Positions 1-9,653 of a DNA stretch of 64,000 bases are shown here, in pieces; position 1 is the stretch's first letter, and every line of letters begins with the position of its first letter. Below the pieces are notes generated by a model. The model was not told the origin of the DNA and did no database searches. It saw nothing but the letters and a program-made list of their open reading frames with translations. The translations under genes were made by a program, and so were the position numbers. Where the stretch lies: the NCBI GenBank assembly GCA_038045945.1, contig JBBSXC010000004.1, positions 224,001-288,000 of the forward strand, read 5' to 3'. Origin of the DNA: Nanobdellota archaeon (GTDB lineage: Archaea > Nanobdellota > Nanobdellia > Pacearchaeales > GW2011-AR1).

Positions 1-13
1 ACTTTGAGCTTGA

Positions 14-517
14 ATGATAAGTAAAAGGGGAGGTATGACTGGGCCGGAGATTGTTGGACTCGTACTGGCTTTTTTAGTACTCGCCCTTTTAGCTTGGGGA
101 TTTTCTATTGGTTTTTTCTCATCTTTTGGTAATATTTTCAATCTTGGTGGCGGGAAATCAACAGTTAGTAGCGTTGTAACGTCTTGTAATGCTGCATGTA
201 ACAATAACCCAAATGCATTCTGCAACGAAAATAAGGAGTTTTCCTTCGAGGACGGAGTAAAACAATCCGCGACTTGTGAACAACTAATGCAAGGGAAATC
301 ATTCCAAGTCACTATAGATGGCAAACAAGAAACCAAAACTGTCTTGGGAATTAATAACTGTTTTATATGTAAAAATGCTGCCTTCGTGCCTGAAGTGGCC
401 GCATGTAAGGGCAAGGCTAAAAATGATATTTGCCAGTATACCGCAGCAGGCAGTTCTACGTTAACGTCTGGTGCTTGTCAGGAAAAAGAGAAAGTATTGA
501 CATGTATCTCTGCTTAA
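14..517 (+). CDS. Type IV pilin-like protein with class III signal peptide and Cys-rich C-terminus
   Basis: N-terminus SKRG-GMTGPE followed by a ~20-aa hydrophobic helix; many Cys; lies just upstream of a prepilin peptidase. Confidence 0.6.
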   Translation: MISKRGGMTGPEIVGLVLAFLVLALLAWGFSIGFFSSFGNIFNLGGGKSTVSSVVTSCNAACNNNPNAFCNENKEFSFEDGVKQSATCEQLMQGKSFQVTIDGKQETKTVLGINNCFICKNAAFVPEVAACKGKAKNDICQYTAAGSSTLTSGACQEKEKVLTCISA

Positions 518-569
518 ACTTTTTATTATTCTATAAATTTTTAAATAACGATTACTCTTAATTATAATC

Positions 570-689
570 ATGTCTGACGATTACGCAACACCTCACCAAA
601 GAAAGAGCAAGAAAGATAAGTGGAGAAAGAGAAGAGATAGAGTATACAAAAGGGGCGGAAAGTATAGGGGAACAGACTTAGGAGTATAA
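570..689 (+). CDS. Small basic protein, 39 aa (MSDDYATPHQRKSKKDKWRKRRDRVYKRGGKYRGTDLGV)
   Basis: Read by hand, below the ORF-track cutoff; ATG 570, TAA 687-689; TATA-like tttttaaata ~25-30 nt upstream; fills the intergenic gap. Confidence 0.6.
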   Translation: MSDDYATPHQRKSKKDKWRKRRDRVYKRGGKYRGTDLGV

Positions 690-749
690 AAGGAAAAAAG
701 CGTACTTTGAGCAAGGATTAAAAAAGGAATAAATTCTAAGAAAATAATA

Positions 750-1622
750 ATGGATTACTTAATAGGGCTAATAATCATAGGGTTCTTATGGGTTATAACG
801 GCAACAATATTTGACATAAAAACAAAAGAAGTACCAAACTGGCTAAACTTTACATTAATAATAGTAACAATAACATACAGACTACTATACTCAATAACAA
901 CAAACAATTACGGAATAGTAATAAGCGGAATAATAGGACTAATAACATTCACAATAATAGCAAACTTGCTATACTACGCAAAAGCATTCGGAGGAGGAGA
1001 CGCAAAACTACTAATAGCCTTAGGGGGAGTACTATGGCTAAGCACGGACTGGAAAACAAGCTTAGCATACGCAACAATATTCATAATGAGCCTACTAATA
1101 ATAGGGTTCATATACGGAATAACAATGAGCATAATAATTCTAGCAAGAAGTAAAAAAGAAACAAAAAAGAGCTTCATGAAATTCCTAAAAAAACAAACAA
1201 AAAACAACAAAAACCTACTAATAATAACAGCACTACTAGTAATAATAGCAGCAATAACAAGCATCTACTACAAATCAATAGCCGGATTGACAATAACAAT
1301 AATCCTAGCATTACTACCAATACTACTAATATACTCAAAAACAGTAGAAAAAACACTACTAACAAAAAAAATACTCACAAAAGAACTAAGACCTGGGGAC
1401 TGGCTAGAAAAAGACATAAAAATAGGAAGATCACAAATAATAAAAGCAAAATTTGACGGGGTAACAAAAGAAGAAATAAAAATAATAAAAAAGAACTTAG
1501 AATACGTATCAATAAAAGACGGGATACCATTCGTACCAGCATTCCTAATAACTTACACTACAACAATAATATTATGGTACTCTGGAAGGAGCTTTATAAC
1601 GAACACTCTTAGCCTTATCTGA
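750..1622 (+). CDS. A24-family prepilin/preflagellin peptidase (PibD/FlaK-like)
   Basis: TM1 Asp motif (FDIKTKEVPN), GGGDAKLL catalytic motif, C-terminal IPFVPAF, multiple TM helices. Confidence 0.9.
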   Translation: MDYLIGLIIIGFLWVITATIFDIKTKEVPNWLNFTLIIVTITYRLLYSITTNNYGIVISGIIGLITFTIIANLLYYAKAFGGGDAKLLIALGGVLWLSTDWKTSLAYATIFIMSLLIIGFIYGITMSIIILARSKKETKKSFMKFLKKQTKNNKNLLIITALLVIIAAITSIYYKSIAGLTITIILALLPILLIYSKTVEKTLLTKKILTKELRPGDWLEKDIKIGRSQIIKAKFDGVTKEEIKIIKKNLEYVSIKDGIPFVPAFLITYTTTIILWYSGRSFITNTLSLI

Positions 1623-2357
1623 CTTAGGCTTAACAACAACATCTCCAGCTTTCTTAACTTCAATAGCAGGCTTATCATCACCCCTTCTCTCAGTAGTAAT
1701 GGGAGTAAGAGGGACAATATCTTCTGGTGAGGGCTTAGCAGGTTTGCCTTTAACCTTTCTATTAGTCTTTTGAGGAATAACAATAACTTCTTTCTTAACA
1801 TCAGTCTTAATAACCTCACTAGAAAACTTCTTAACCAAATCCTCTAACTCCTTAGAATCAGCAGACCTCTTAGAAAGCTTCTCAGAAGAATAAAGCGGAA
1901 TAGCATTAATTATCGTATGACCCATAATTTCAGCTTTAGAAATCTCGACCTTTTCAGGATCAAGAACAGACTGAATTTTAGAAGTAACAAGCTTAATCAT
2001 AGAATTAACATTTTCTGGAATAATAGACAACTTACCGTGAACCTTAGGAATAATAATCACATGACCCTTAGATAAAGGATTAATCTCCAAAACAGCTAAT
2101 GAGTGCTCATCACTAAGAACTTTATAACTATCAACAGTGCCAGAAAAAATAGAACAAAAAATACAATTAGAAGAACCATTATCACCAGAACCATCACTTC
2201 CGCCATGACTTCCCTGATTAATAAGGGATAACAACTCTTCATGAGAACTAGAATTAATCTTCTCCTTAAGCTGATCCTTACTAGACGAATCAAGACTAGA
2301 AGAATCAACCTGAGATATAAGACTTTTCCTCAAAGAATCAACATTTTGATCACTCAT
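1572..2357 (-). CDS. HIT-family protein with degenerate triad and N/C extensions
   Basis: CIFC, LEINPLSKGHVIIIPKVH typical of HIT; triad position reads GHTIINAIP. Confidence 0.8.
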   Translation of the reverse strand: MSDQNVDSLRKSLISQVDSSSLDSSSKDQLKEKINSSSHEELLSLINQGSHGGSDGSGDNGSSNCIFCSIFSGTVDSYKVLSDEHSLAVLEINPLSKGHVIIIPKVHGKLSIIPENVNSMIKLVTSKIQSVLDPEKVEISKAEIMGHTIINAIPLYSSEKLSKRSADSKELEDLVKKFSSEVIKTDVKKEVIVIPQKTNRKVKGKPAKPSPEDIVPLTPITTERRGDDKPAIEVKKAGDVVVKPKSDKAKSVRYKAPSRVP

Positions 2358-2388
2358 AAAAAAAAGATGATTAGAGTATTATTAAAAC

Positions 2389-2664
2389 TTATCCAAAAGC
2401 CCTTCTATAATCAATAATCTCACAAGAAGAAACACCGCTAATAGAAGAAAGCTTATTCTTAGCCTCATCATCAGAAGTTTCCTCAGGCCAAGCACAACCA
2501 ATAAGTAAAGCCTTAAGACCAAAAGCTATAGGCTCCTCCTCAAAAGTCAAGTTTTGAGCTCCCAAAGCAAGCAAAACCTTCTTAGAATGATTCTCCAAAT
2601 CCTTAATAGAAACATCAAGGCCTGTTGGAAGAATCCTCAATTTTAAAGCAACTATTCCTGACAT
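2389..2664 (-). CDS. ef1b: Translation elongation factor 1-beta
   Basis: EEEPIAFGLKAL signature, 91 aa. Confidence 0.93.
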   Translation of the reverse strand: MSGIVALKLRILPTGLDVSIKDLENHSKKVLLALGAQNLTFEEEPIAFGLKALLIGCAWPEETSDDEAKNKLSSISGVSSCEIIDYRRAFG

Positions 2665-2831
2665 AACAAAGGGAAAAAAACTTGGTATATAAACCTTTAT
2701 AAGAACTTGAAAAACAGTGGTTTTTCATTAAGAAATGATAACTTCTCATATTAAACTCTTAGAAAAACAATAACAACATAATAATTTAGGCCAGAAATGC
2801 TTTTAAAGAAACAAAAACTCCAATAAGAATA

Positions 2832-3788
2832 ATGGTCCAAGACTACGAAACAATAATAAGCAGAATAGCAGAAAGCTCAAACACAACAGTAGAAGAAGTA
2901 AACAGAAGAGTAGAAGCAAAAAGAGCAAAACTATCAGGACTAATAAGCAAAGAAGGAGCAGCACAAATAGTAGCAGCAGAACTAGGAATATCATTCGACA
3001 AACAAAACGTAAAAATAAACCAAATAATAGAAGGAATGAGAAGAATAAGCCTAACAGCAAAAATAATCAACACATTCCCAATAAGAACATACGACAAGAA
3101 CGGAAGAAGTGGAAAAGTACTAAACATAATAGTAGCTGACGAAACAGGAAACGCAAAAACTGTGCTATGGGACATAAACCACATAGCACTATTCGAAAAC
3201 GGACAAATAAGCAATGGAGACACAATAGAAATAGCAAACGGAAGCCTAAGAAACCAAGAAATACATTTAACAGCATTCTCAGAAATAAAAAAGAGCGGCG
3301 TGTCAATGAATAACGTAAAAACAGAAATAACAAACACTGTGACAGTAGTAGACAAAAAAATCATTGACCTAAAAACAATGGACAAAGCAAGAATGAGATG
3401 TGTAATAGTGCAAGTATTCGAACCAAGAGCCTTCGAAGTATGCCCACAATGCTCAAGCAGAATAAAAAAAGAAGAAGGAGCAGCAGCAGGAGGAGAATGC
3501 GAAAAACACGGAAAAGTAATACCAGAAAAAAGAGTACTAATAAACGTAGTATTAGACGACGGAACAGAAACAATAAGAGCAGTATTCTTCTCAGACAACG
3601 TAAGTAAACTAGGTCTAGCAAAAAACGCTGAAGACTACTCAGAAAAAAGAGAAATAATACTAGGAAAAGAAGCATACTTCACAGGAAACGTAAGACAAAA
3701 CAAAATATTTGGCACACAAGAAATAGTAATAACAGACGTGGAAGAAATAGAACTTGACAAACTAATAAGCCAACTAGAAAAACACTAA
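2832..3788 (+). CDS. rpa: Replication protein A (OB folds + Zn finger)
   Basis: N-terminal LSGLISKEGAAQIVA, OB motifs (VADETG, LDDGT), CPQC...CEKHG. Confidence 0.85.
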   Translation: MVQDYETIISRIAESSNTTVEEVNRRVEAKRAKLSGLISKEGAAQIVAAELGISFDKQNVKINQIIEGMRRISLTAKIINTFPIRTYDKNGRSGKVLNIIVADETGNAKTVLWDINHIALFENGQISNGDTIEIANGSLRNQEIHLTAFSEIKKSGVSMNNVKTEITNTVTVVDKKIIDLKTMDKARMRCVIVQVFEPRAFEVCPQCSSRIKKEEGAAAGGECEKHGKVIPEKRVLINVVLDDGTETIRAVFFSDNVSKLGLAKNAEDYSEKREIILGKEAYFTGNVRQNKIFGTQEIVITDVEEIELDKLISQLEKH

Positions 3789-3816
3789 TAACCTAAAAGT
3801 CATAAGAAAAACAAAA

Positions 3817-3890
3817 TGGACCTAGAAGGATTTGAACCTTCGTCACAACCTCCGCAAGGTCGTATTCTATCCGGGCTGAACTATAGGTCC
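3817..3890 (-). tRNA. tRNA-Arg(GCG)
   Basis: Cloverleaf GGACCTA...TAGGTCC-A; anticodon arm CGACC-TTGCGGA-GGTTG; T loop GTTCAAATC. Confidence 0.93.
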
Positions 3891-3955
3891 GACACAAAAA
3901 AGAAGAAGAAAGAAGTTTATTAAATGTATCTTCCTGTATAAAAAGAGATTTTTGT

Positions 3956-4846
3956 TTGAAAATAGGAAGCTACTTAAAGTCAAGCTTACTTAATCGTTTC
4001 ATGTTTTGGGAAAATTGGAACTATAGAAAAAGAGGATTATTAGTAGGAATATTTTTATGGATCTTGATCTTATTAGTGAAATTATATTTTTCTTATTTCT
4101 ACAGCTTATTTTCTGAGGGAAGCATAATTGTGGGAATTCTTTCTCTTCTTTTCTGTTATATCTCTGGTTGGGCTATTGATGTAGCTAAAAATGATTCTTC
4201 ATCAACAAAGAAAGGTCTGTTCTATGGATTAATTTTATCAACATTCGCGCTGTCATTTATGTTCTTTGAAGGTTATTTTAATTTATTTGGAATAGGTCAA
4301 CAAACTCTCTTAGGGCACATGGTTGACAACTTTGTTGGAAATTCTGGCCATTTATGGATGTCGATACCAATAATCATCTTTACTCTAATAGGCTTTATTA
4401 TAGATAAAACAAAAAAGGAAACAAAAAAGTCAAAGGAGATACTAAAAAGCATTATATCTGCGCTTATACTTCTTGTAATCATATTTGGATTATATGGGGT
4501 GGGTTCATATTTCTATAGTGATAATCCCTCTAAATGCGAATATTTCTCTGATAAGGATAACTGCTACTCCAGTGTTGCTTTAAACCTGGTAAATCAAGGC
4601 AAATTAGAAATATCTCTCTGCGAAAAAATTCAGTACGACTCATTAAAGTTTAAATGCTACATTTGGCTAGCAGGACAAAATAAGGACTTGCAAGTTTGTG
4701 ACAACATTCCATATTATCCAACAAAAGACCAATGCATAAGCAACCTTGCGTTACTTCAAAATGATCCATCAATTTGTGATAAAACGCAAAAAGAATTTAA
4801 AGAAGAATGCTTAAAATGGGTTTCTCAAGGATCATCTTCATACTAA
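3956..4846 (+). CDS. Multi-pass membrane protein with C-terminal Cys-pair repeats (start may be ATG 4001)
   Basis: About 5 hydrophobic segments, then repeated C-x2-I/F-x5-7-C units; lacks the A-rich bias of native + strand genes. Confidence 0.7.
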   Translation: MKIGSYLKSSLLNRFMFWENWNYRKRGLLVGIFLWILILLVKLYFSYFYSLFSEGSIIVGILSLLFCYISGWAIDVAKNDSSSTKKGLFYGLILSTFALSFMFFEGYFNLFGIGQQTLLGHMVDNFVGNSGHLWMSIPIIIFTLIGFIIDKTKKETKKSKEILKSIISALILLVIIFGLYGVGSYFYSDNPSKCEYFSDKDNCYSSVALNLVNQGKLEISLCEKIQYDSLKFKCYIWLAGQNKDLQVCDNIPYYPTKDQCISNLALLQNDPSICDKTQKEFKEECLKWVSQGSSSY

Positions 4847-4864
4847 AATAACACTTTATAAAAA

Positions 4865-5866
4865 TCATAACACTACGTCTTTGAGACCCTGAGTAGTAAT
4901 CTGGAAAACAGTCTCGTTATCAGGCAAGTTAGGAGAATCAATAAGCTTAGCAACCCTAGTATCCTTCTTACCACGACGCAAATAAATACGATAAGTAGAA
5001 GCATGACCAACAATGTTACCACCAACAGCCTGAGTAGGATCACCAAACATTTGAGCAGGATTAGCCATAACCTGATTAGTAACATAAATAGCCAAATTAT
5101 GCTGCTCAGCAATCTTCATAAGATTATGCATGTATCTGTTAAGCTTTTGTTGACGATCAGCAAGCTGACCCCTACCAGCAAACTCAGCACGAAAATGAGC
5201 AGTCAAAGAATCAACAATAATAATCTTAATAGGCTCACCATCCTTAATCATCTCAGAAATCTTATCAAGAAGAAGAATTTGGTGATCAGAATTAAAAGCC
5301 CTAGCAACAAGAATATTCTTAAGAACCTTATCAGGATTAGCACCTAAACCCTCAGAAATCTGCTTGATTCTTTCAGGACGAAAAGTACCCTCAGTATCAA
5401 TATAAACAGACTTACCATTAGCACCACCCTTATCAATAGGCAACTGCGCATTAACAGCTAAACACAAACCTAGCTGAGTCTTACCAGAACCATAAGCACC
5501 AAAAGCCTCAGTAATAGACTTAGTCTCAACACCACGACCACCAAGCAGACCATCAAGATTCTTAGAACCAGAAGTAATATACAAAACTTCCTTACGCTTC
5601 TTCTCAAACTCCAAACCATCCTGGAAACCAAGCTTCATCATCTTACGAGCAGCCTGAATAGCCTTACGAGCAACAGCCTCGCCCATACCAGCCATTTCAG
5701 CAAGAGAAGGAGGAGAAAGAACGGCCAAACCCATTAAGTCATAAATACCCGCAGCAGATAACTTTTCCATAACGGCAGGGCCAACGCCAGGAATATCAGC
5801 AAGAGTCAACTCTTTCTCAACAGAGTCATCAACCAACACTTTAGAATCATCCTTTTTAACAGCCAT
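4865..5866 (-). CDS. radA: DNA repair and recombination protein RadA
   Basis: HhH IPGVG, Walker A GAYGSGKT, YIDTEGTFRPER, IVDS, GGNIVGHASTYR; start trimmed to MAVKK. Confidence 0.97.
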   Translation of the reverse strand: MAVKKDDSKVLVDDSVEKELTLADIPGVGPAVMEKLSAAGIYDLMGLAVLSPPSLAEMAGMGEAVARKAIQAARKMMKLGFQDGLEFEKKRKEVLYITSGSKNLDGLLGGRGVETKSITEAFGAYGSGKTQLGLCLAVNAQLPIDKGGANGKSVYIDTEGTFRPERIKQISEGLGANPDKVLKNILVARAFNSDHQILLLDKISEMIKDGEPIKIIIVDSLTAHFRAEFAGRGQLADRQQKLNRYMHNLMKIAEQHNLAIYVTNQVMANPAQMFGDPTQAVGGNIVGHASTYRIYLRRGKKDTRVAKLIDSPNLPDNETVFQITTQGLKDVVL

Positions 5867-5938
5867 AACAAAGAGATGGGCAAAGCCGTTTATAAGCATT
5901 ATACAAACAAGAAAATATACATTAACAAAAGACAAAAA

Positions 5939-6388
5939 TCAAGAAAAATGCCTAATAATAAGCAAAATATCAAAAAGAGAAATAACAACAAAAAAAGCAT
6001 TCTCAAAATAACCACCAGTCTTAAGTTTCCAACTAATCCTGCCCCTAAGAGGCCAAAAAGGAGAAACACCCTCAATAGTAAAACTATCAGCTAAAAGATG
6101 AATAGAATAACCAAGAAAGAAGCCAAGAGCAGCAGAAGGAAAAATTAAAGATAACAACAAAGAGAGAATAAAAGCAAGAGTCAAACTATGAATAAGGCCA
6201 CGATGATTAACAAGACTCTGCAAAGGAGAAAAAACCTTATTCTTACCAAACAAAGACATAGGAGAATCAATATCAGGAATAAGAGAAGAAATAATCATAG
6301 CAAAAGAAAAAATCCAAGGGTGAGAAGTAGAAGGAAGAAAAATCATAACAAAAAGTAAACCAATAACAAAATGGGTTCTGGAAAGCAT
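5939..6388 (-). CDS. Membrane-bound metal-dependent hydrolase (YdjM/DUF457-like)
   Basis: TH, LIPDID, HRGLIHSL, HLLADSFT, G-x3-FWP motifs. Confidence 0.88.
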   Translation of the reverse strand: MLSRTHFVIGLLFVMIFLPSTSHPWIFSFAMIISSLIPDIDSPMSLFGKNKVFSPLQSLVNHRGLIHSLTLAFILSLLLSLIFPSAALGFFLGYSIHLLADSFTIEGVSPFWPLRGRISWKLKTGGYFENAFFVVISLFDILLIIRHFS

Positions 6389-6439
6389 AACTGTTAAATT
6401 ACCCCTAGTTTTAAATAGTTTTTCAATGTAAACAAAAGT

Positions 6440-7042
6440 ATGAGCGTACATGAAGAACTAGAAAAAATAAAAAGAAGAATCATAGAAGAAAAAATACCCT
6501 TACACGAAGGAGCAACAAACGTAGTAATGGGCAAAGGAAACGAACAAGCAAAAATAATGTTTGTTGGAGAAGCGCCAGGCCGCAACGAGGATTTACAAGG
6601 AATGCCATTTGTTGGAGCAGCAGGAAAAAACCTAGACAAACTATTAGCAGCAGTAGGATTAAGCATTAACGACGTATACATAGCAAACATACTAAAATAT
6701 CGCCCGCCAGAAAACAGAAATCCCTCACCAGAAGAAATAATCTCACACACACCATACCTACTAGAACAAATAAAAGTGATAAAACCAAAAATAGTTTGTT
6801 CACTAGGAAACTACGCAACAAAATTCTTCATGAGTGATTGCAACCCAGAAAAAATGAACGAGCAGCCAGGAATAACAACACTTCATGGAAAAATAAAAGA
6901 AATAGAAATACACGGAACAAAAATAAAGCTAATACCACTATTCCACCCAGCAGCAATAATATACAACAGAAAACTAATAACATTATGGGAAGAAGACATG
7001 AAAATAGTAAAAAAAGAATTAGAACAGAAAAATTTTTATTAA
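6440..7042 (+). CDS. udg: Uracil-DNA glycosylase, family 4
   Basis: VGEAPG, PFVGAAG, RPPENR, HPAA; the Fe-S cysteines appear absent. Confidence 0.93.
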   Translation: MSVHEELEKIKRRIIEEKIPLHEGATNVVMGKGNEQAKIMFVGEAPGRNEDLQGMPFVGAAGKNLDKLLAAVGLSINDVYIANILKYRPPENRNPSPEEIISHTPYLLEQIKVIKPKIVCSLGNYATKFFMSDCNPEKMNEQPGITTLHGKIKEIEIHGTKIKLIPLFHPAAIIYNRKLITLWEEDMKIVKKELEQKNFY

Positions 7043-7146
7043 TCAACAAACTTCAAAAATTTGTGATGAGCACTAACAACCTTCTCACCACAATGATCAT
7101 CACTTAAAGTGTAAACACCACAAACAGAGCATTTGTTAGTAATCAT
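7039..7146 (-). CDS. nop10: Nop10-like Zn-ribbon protein, short (35 aa)
   Basis: MITNKCSVCGVYTLSDDHCGEKVVSAHHKF matches the archaeal Nop10 CxxCGxYTL...CGxK...AHP pattern; ATGA overlap with aIF2-alpha is the canonical context. Confidence 0.8.
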   Translation of the reverse strand: MITNKCSVCGVYTLSDDHCGEKVVSAHHKFLKFVD

Positions 7147-7865
7147 TTTTCAACAATAGAGAAATCGACACCTTTATCCTTAGACTCCTTCTCAATACGA
7201 GAAACCTCAAAAATAATCACATTATTAGCATCCTTATAATCCTTAGCCTTAGAACTCAAAGAGTAACGACCACCAGCAATATAATTAACCTCACACTTAC
7301 AAGCAGAAAGAATAGACTTAATATCGACAAGACCCTCAGACTTCTTACTCTTAAGAATAACCTCCTTCTTAACTTCCTTATCCTTATCCTTCTTTTCAGA
7401 AACAATCTTAAGAAGCTTATCAGACTGATCAGAAGTCAAATACTTAGAAATAACCTCTTGGTTAGTCTTAAAATCATCAAACAATTCCCTCAAACTCTTA
7501 CCCTCTTCCATGATAATCTTACTATGAAGACTCTTACCAGCAACTTCATCACCAAGAACAATCTCAAGAATTTTCTGAGCAGTCCTCTCACGCTTATTAT
7601 CATCAAGAACACTCTTCATCTCCTTAATACTAACTCTTCTAAGAGAAAGAACCAAACTACCAGTAGAATTAACTTTTAAGACCTTACAAACAATACGCTT
7701 ATTAGGAACAACATAATCTCTCAAGTTTCTAATCCTACCAGGAGCAATCTCAGAAATAGGAATAGTACCATCAACTTTGTTATCACTATCAACAACTACG
7801 GAAACAGCAGTCTTACCAACCTCTAAAACCTTACACAAAACCAATTCTCCATCATTATAAGCCAT
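7143..7865 (-). CDS. eif2a: Translation initiation factor 2 alpha subunit
   Basis: S1 domain GELVLC...ISEIAPGRIRNLRDYV...LSLRRVS; C-terminal YIAGGRY. Confidence 0.9.
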   Translation of the reverse strand: MAYNDGELVLCKVLEVGKTAVSVVVDSDNKVDGTIPISEIAPGRIRNLRDYVVPNKRIVCKVLKVNSTGSLVLSLRRVSIKEMKSVLDDNKRERTAQKILEIVLGDEVAGKSLHSKIIMEEGKSLRELFDDFKTNQEVISKYLTSDQSDKLLKIVSEKKDKDKEVKKEVILKSKKSEGLVDIKSILSACKCEVNYIAGGRYSLSSKAKDYKDANNVIIFEVSRIEKESKDKGVDFSIVEK

Positions 7866-7917
7866 TAATTATCGAAAGAATAAAGGCTTTTAAAACTATT
7901 CAAAACGCATAAAAAAG

Positions 7918-9240
7918 CTAAATCTGAACAACCTCAACATCAAGCTTCCTTCTAAGAATTTCAACAAAACGATCCTGATCAACCCTACTAATAGTACAAG
8001 TAGCAGAAGAAGAATGGCCGCTCCAATCACCAGAAAAAGACTCCATCATAGAAGAAATAAAATCATCAGCCTTCCTCCCAGACTTTTCGTAACCGCCAAC
8101 CATCCGAAAAAAAACCTTAACTTTATCAGAATTAAGATAAGACATACAAATAATAGAAGTACCCTCCTTGTAACCTGAAGAAAAAGTTATAAGGCTAGAA
8201 ACAACATTCATCATAGAATCCTTAATACGATCCTTAGAATTAATAATAACATAACCTTGGCCTTGCGTTTTATCAGCAAAATTAACAAAATTGATAGCCT
8301 CAACAATTTCTTGCTTGTAACGAGCATGAATCTTATCAGCCTCAACCCTAGCAAACTTATTATTAAGACAAAAAGAAACACCAATCTGACTAAAACCAGC
8401 ATGACTACAAGCATTAATCAAAGCAGAAAGCTCACGAGCATCTTCAAGCTTACCAAAAAGCTTAACCAAATAGATATTACCAATAATCCCAGAATTATCA
8501 TAATCCTTACGCCTCATAATAATAGAAGTTATCAGACGAGAATTCTCATCATCATCAATATCCATAAGAGACTTAAAACGACCATTATCCTTAGGAATAT
8601 TAGCCTCGCGCAAAAGCTCAACGGCACCAAGAGAATTACCAGTAACGCCTGGAATAAAGAGGTTAGAACTAAACTCTAAAGCCTTATCAAGAGGCCTAGT
8701 AGCAGGATAAAGAAGCAAACCCTTCTTAACAACAACCTGAGCATCAAAAAAGATGCTATCATTAATGGGTCCATTACCCTTAACCAAGTCACCAACACTA
8801 CCAATAATAGCTAAACTAGCCAAATCAGAATTATTAACATCAAGCTCCTTAGCAAACAAATAAGAAACAGCAGAAGAACACAACTCCTCCCTATCACCAA
8901 CAAGGTGAGGATTAAGCAAAAAAGTATTAGGTAAAAAATCACTCTTAACATCATGATGATCAATAACAAAAACTTCCTTAAGATGACCAAAAAGCTTCAA
9001 ACTGGAAGAACCCAAATCAAGAAAAACAATAAGAGAATCAGTAGGAAGACCCATAACAAAATCAGGAGTTAAAGAATTAACAATATTAAGGGTGAAAGAA
9101 ACACCGGCTCGACTAAGAGCCTTACACATAATAGAAGCAGAAGTTATACCATCAGTATCAAAATGACTAATAATGCGAACAGGATAACTACTAGAGCTAG
9201 AAACAAACTTTTTAACAGCCTCTTTAATTAAAACTTTCAT
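7918..9240 (-). CDS. RecJ-like DHH phosphoesterase
   Basis: SHFDTDG, DLG, IDHH, NPH motifs; C-terminal SGH; SD-like GAGGTG upstream; follows rps15 as in many archaea. Confidence 0.88.
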   Translation of the reverse strand: MKVLIKEAVKKFVSSSSSYPVRIISHFDTDGITSASIMCKALSRAGVSFTLNIVNSLTPDFVMGLPTDSLIVFLDLGSSSLKLFGHLKEVFVIDHHDVKSDFLPNTFLLNPHLVGDREELCSSAVSYLFAKELDVNNSDLASLAIIGSVGDLVKGNGPINDSIFFDAQVVVKKGLLLYPATRPLDKALEFSSNLFIPGVTGNSLGAVELLREANIPKDNGRFKSLMDIDDDENSRLITSIIMRRKDYDNSGIIGNIYLVKLFGKLEDARELSALINACSHAGFSQIGVSFCLNNKFARVEADKIHARYKQEIVEAINFVNFADKTQGQGYVIINSKDRIKDSMMNVVSSLITFSSGYKEGTSIICMSYLNSDKVKVFFRMVGGYEKSGRKADDFISSMMESFSGDWSGHSSSATCTISRVDQDRFVEILRRKLDVEVVQI

Positions 9241-9335
9241 AAAAAACACCTCTAAACAAAAAAAGGAAGGAAAGACTATTTAAAAATGTTTCAAAACAAA
9301 ATGATTTATCGACGAGAAAAAATATTATTTTCGAA

Positions 9336-9653
9336 TTAGTTTCTTGTAGCCAAGTATTCTTCAACAGTCTTAACTTGAGCTGCAGTCTTAATAAGGCGTC
9401 TCTTAGCTGGCTGATCATGATGATTCTTAGCAAAATGATCCCTAAGAGTTTGAAGTCTCTTCTTAACATTAATTAAGTCAGCATCATTCTTACCAATAAC
9501 CTGAGCAATTTTAACACCAAACTCTTCCTTAAAGTTCTTAACACCATGATCCTTCTTAAAAACAAGGCCAATCTTCTCAGAGGTAATACCACTAGCGTAT
9601 AAGTCAAGGACTATCTTCTCAGCATCCTTCATTGACAACTTCTTATTAACCAT
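9336..9653 (-). CDS. rps15: 30S ribosomal protein uS15 (short form)
   Basis: LYASGITSEKIGLVFKKDHG and LRDHFAKNHHDQPAKRRL match archaeal S15/S13e. Confidence 0.85.
   Translation of the reverse strand: MVNKKLSMKDAEKIVLDLYASGITSEKIGLVFKKDHGVKNFKEEFGVKIAQVIGKNDADLINVKKRLQTLRDHFAKNHHDQPAKRRLIKTAAQVKTVEEYLATRN

Noticed and set aside
4865-5866. Intein in RadA or other conserved genes
   Set aside because: Lengths are normal and motifs contiguous.
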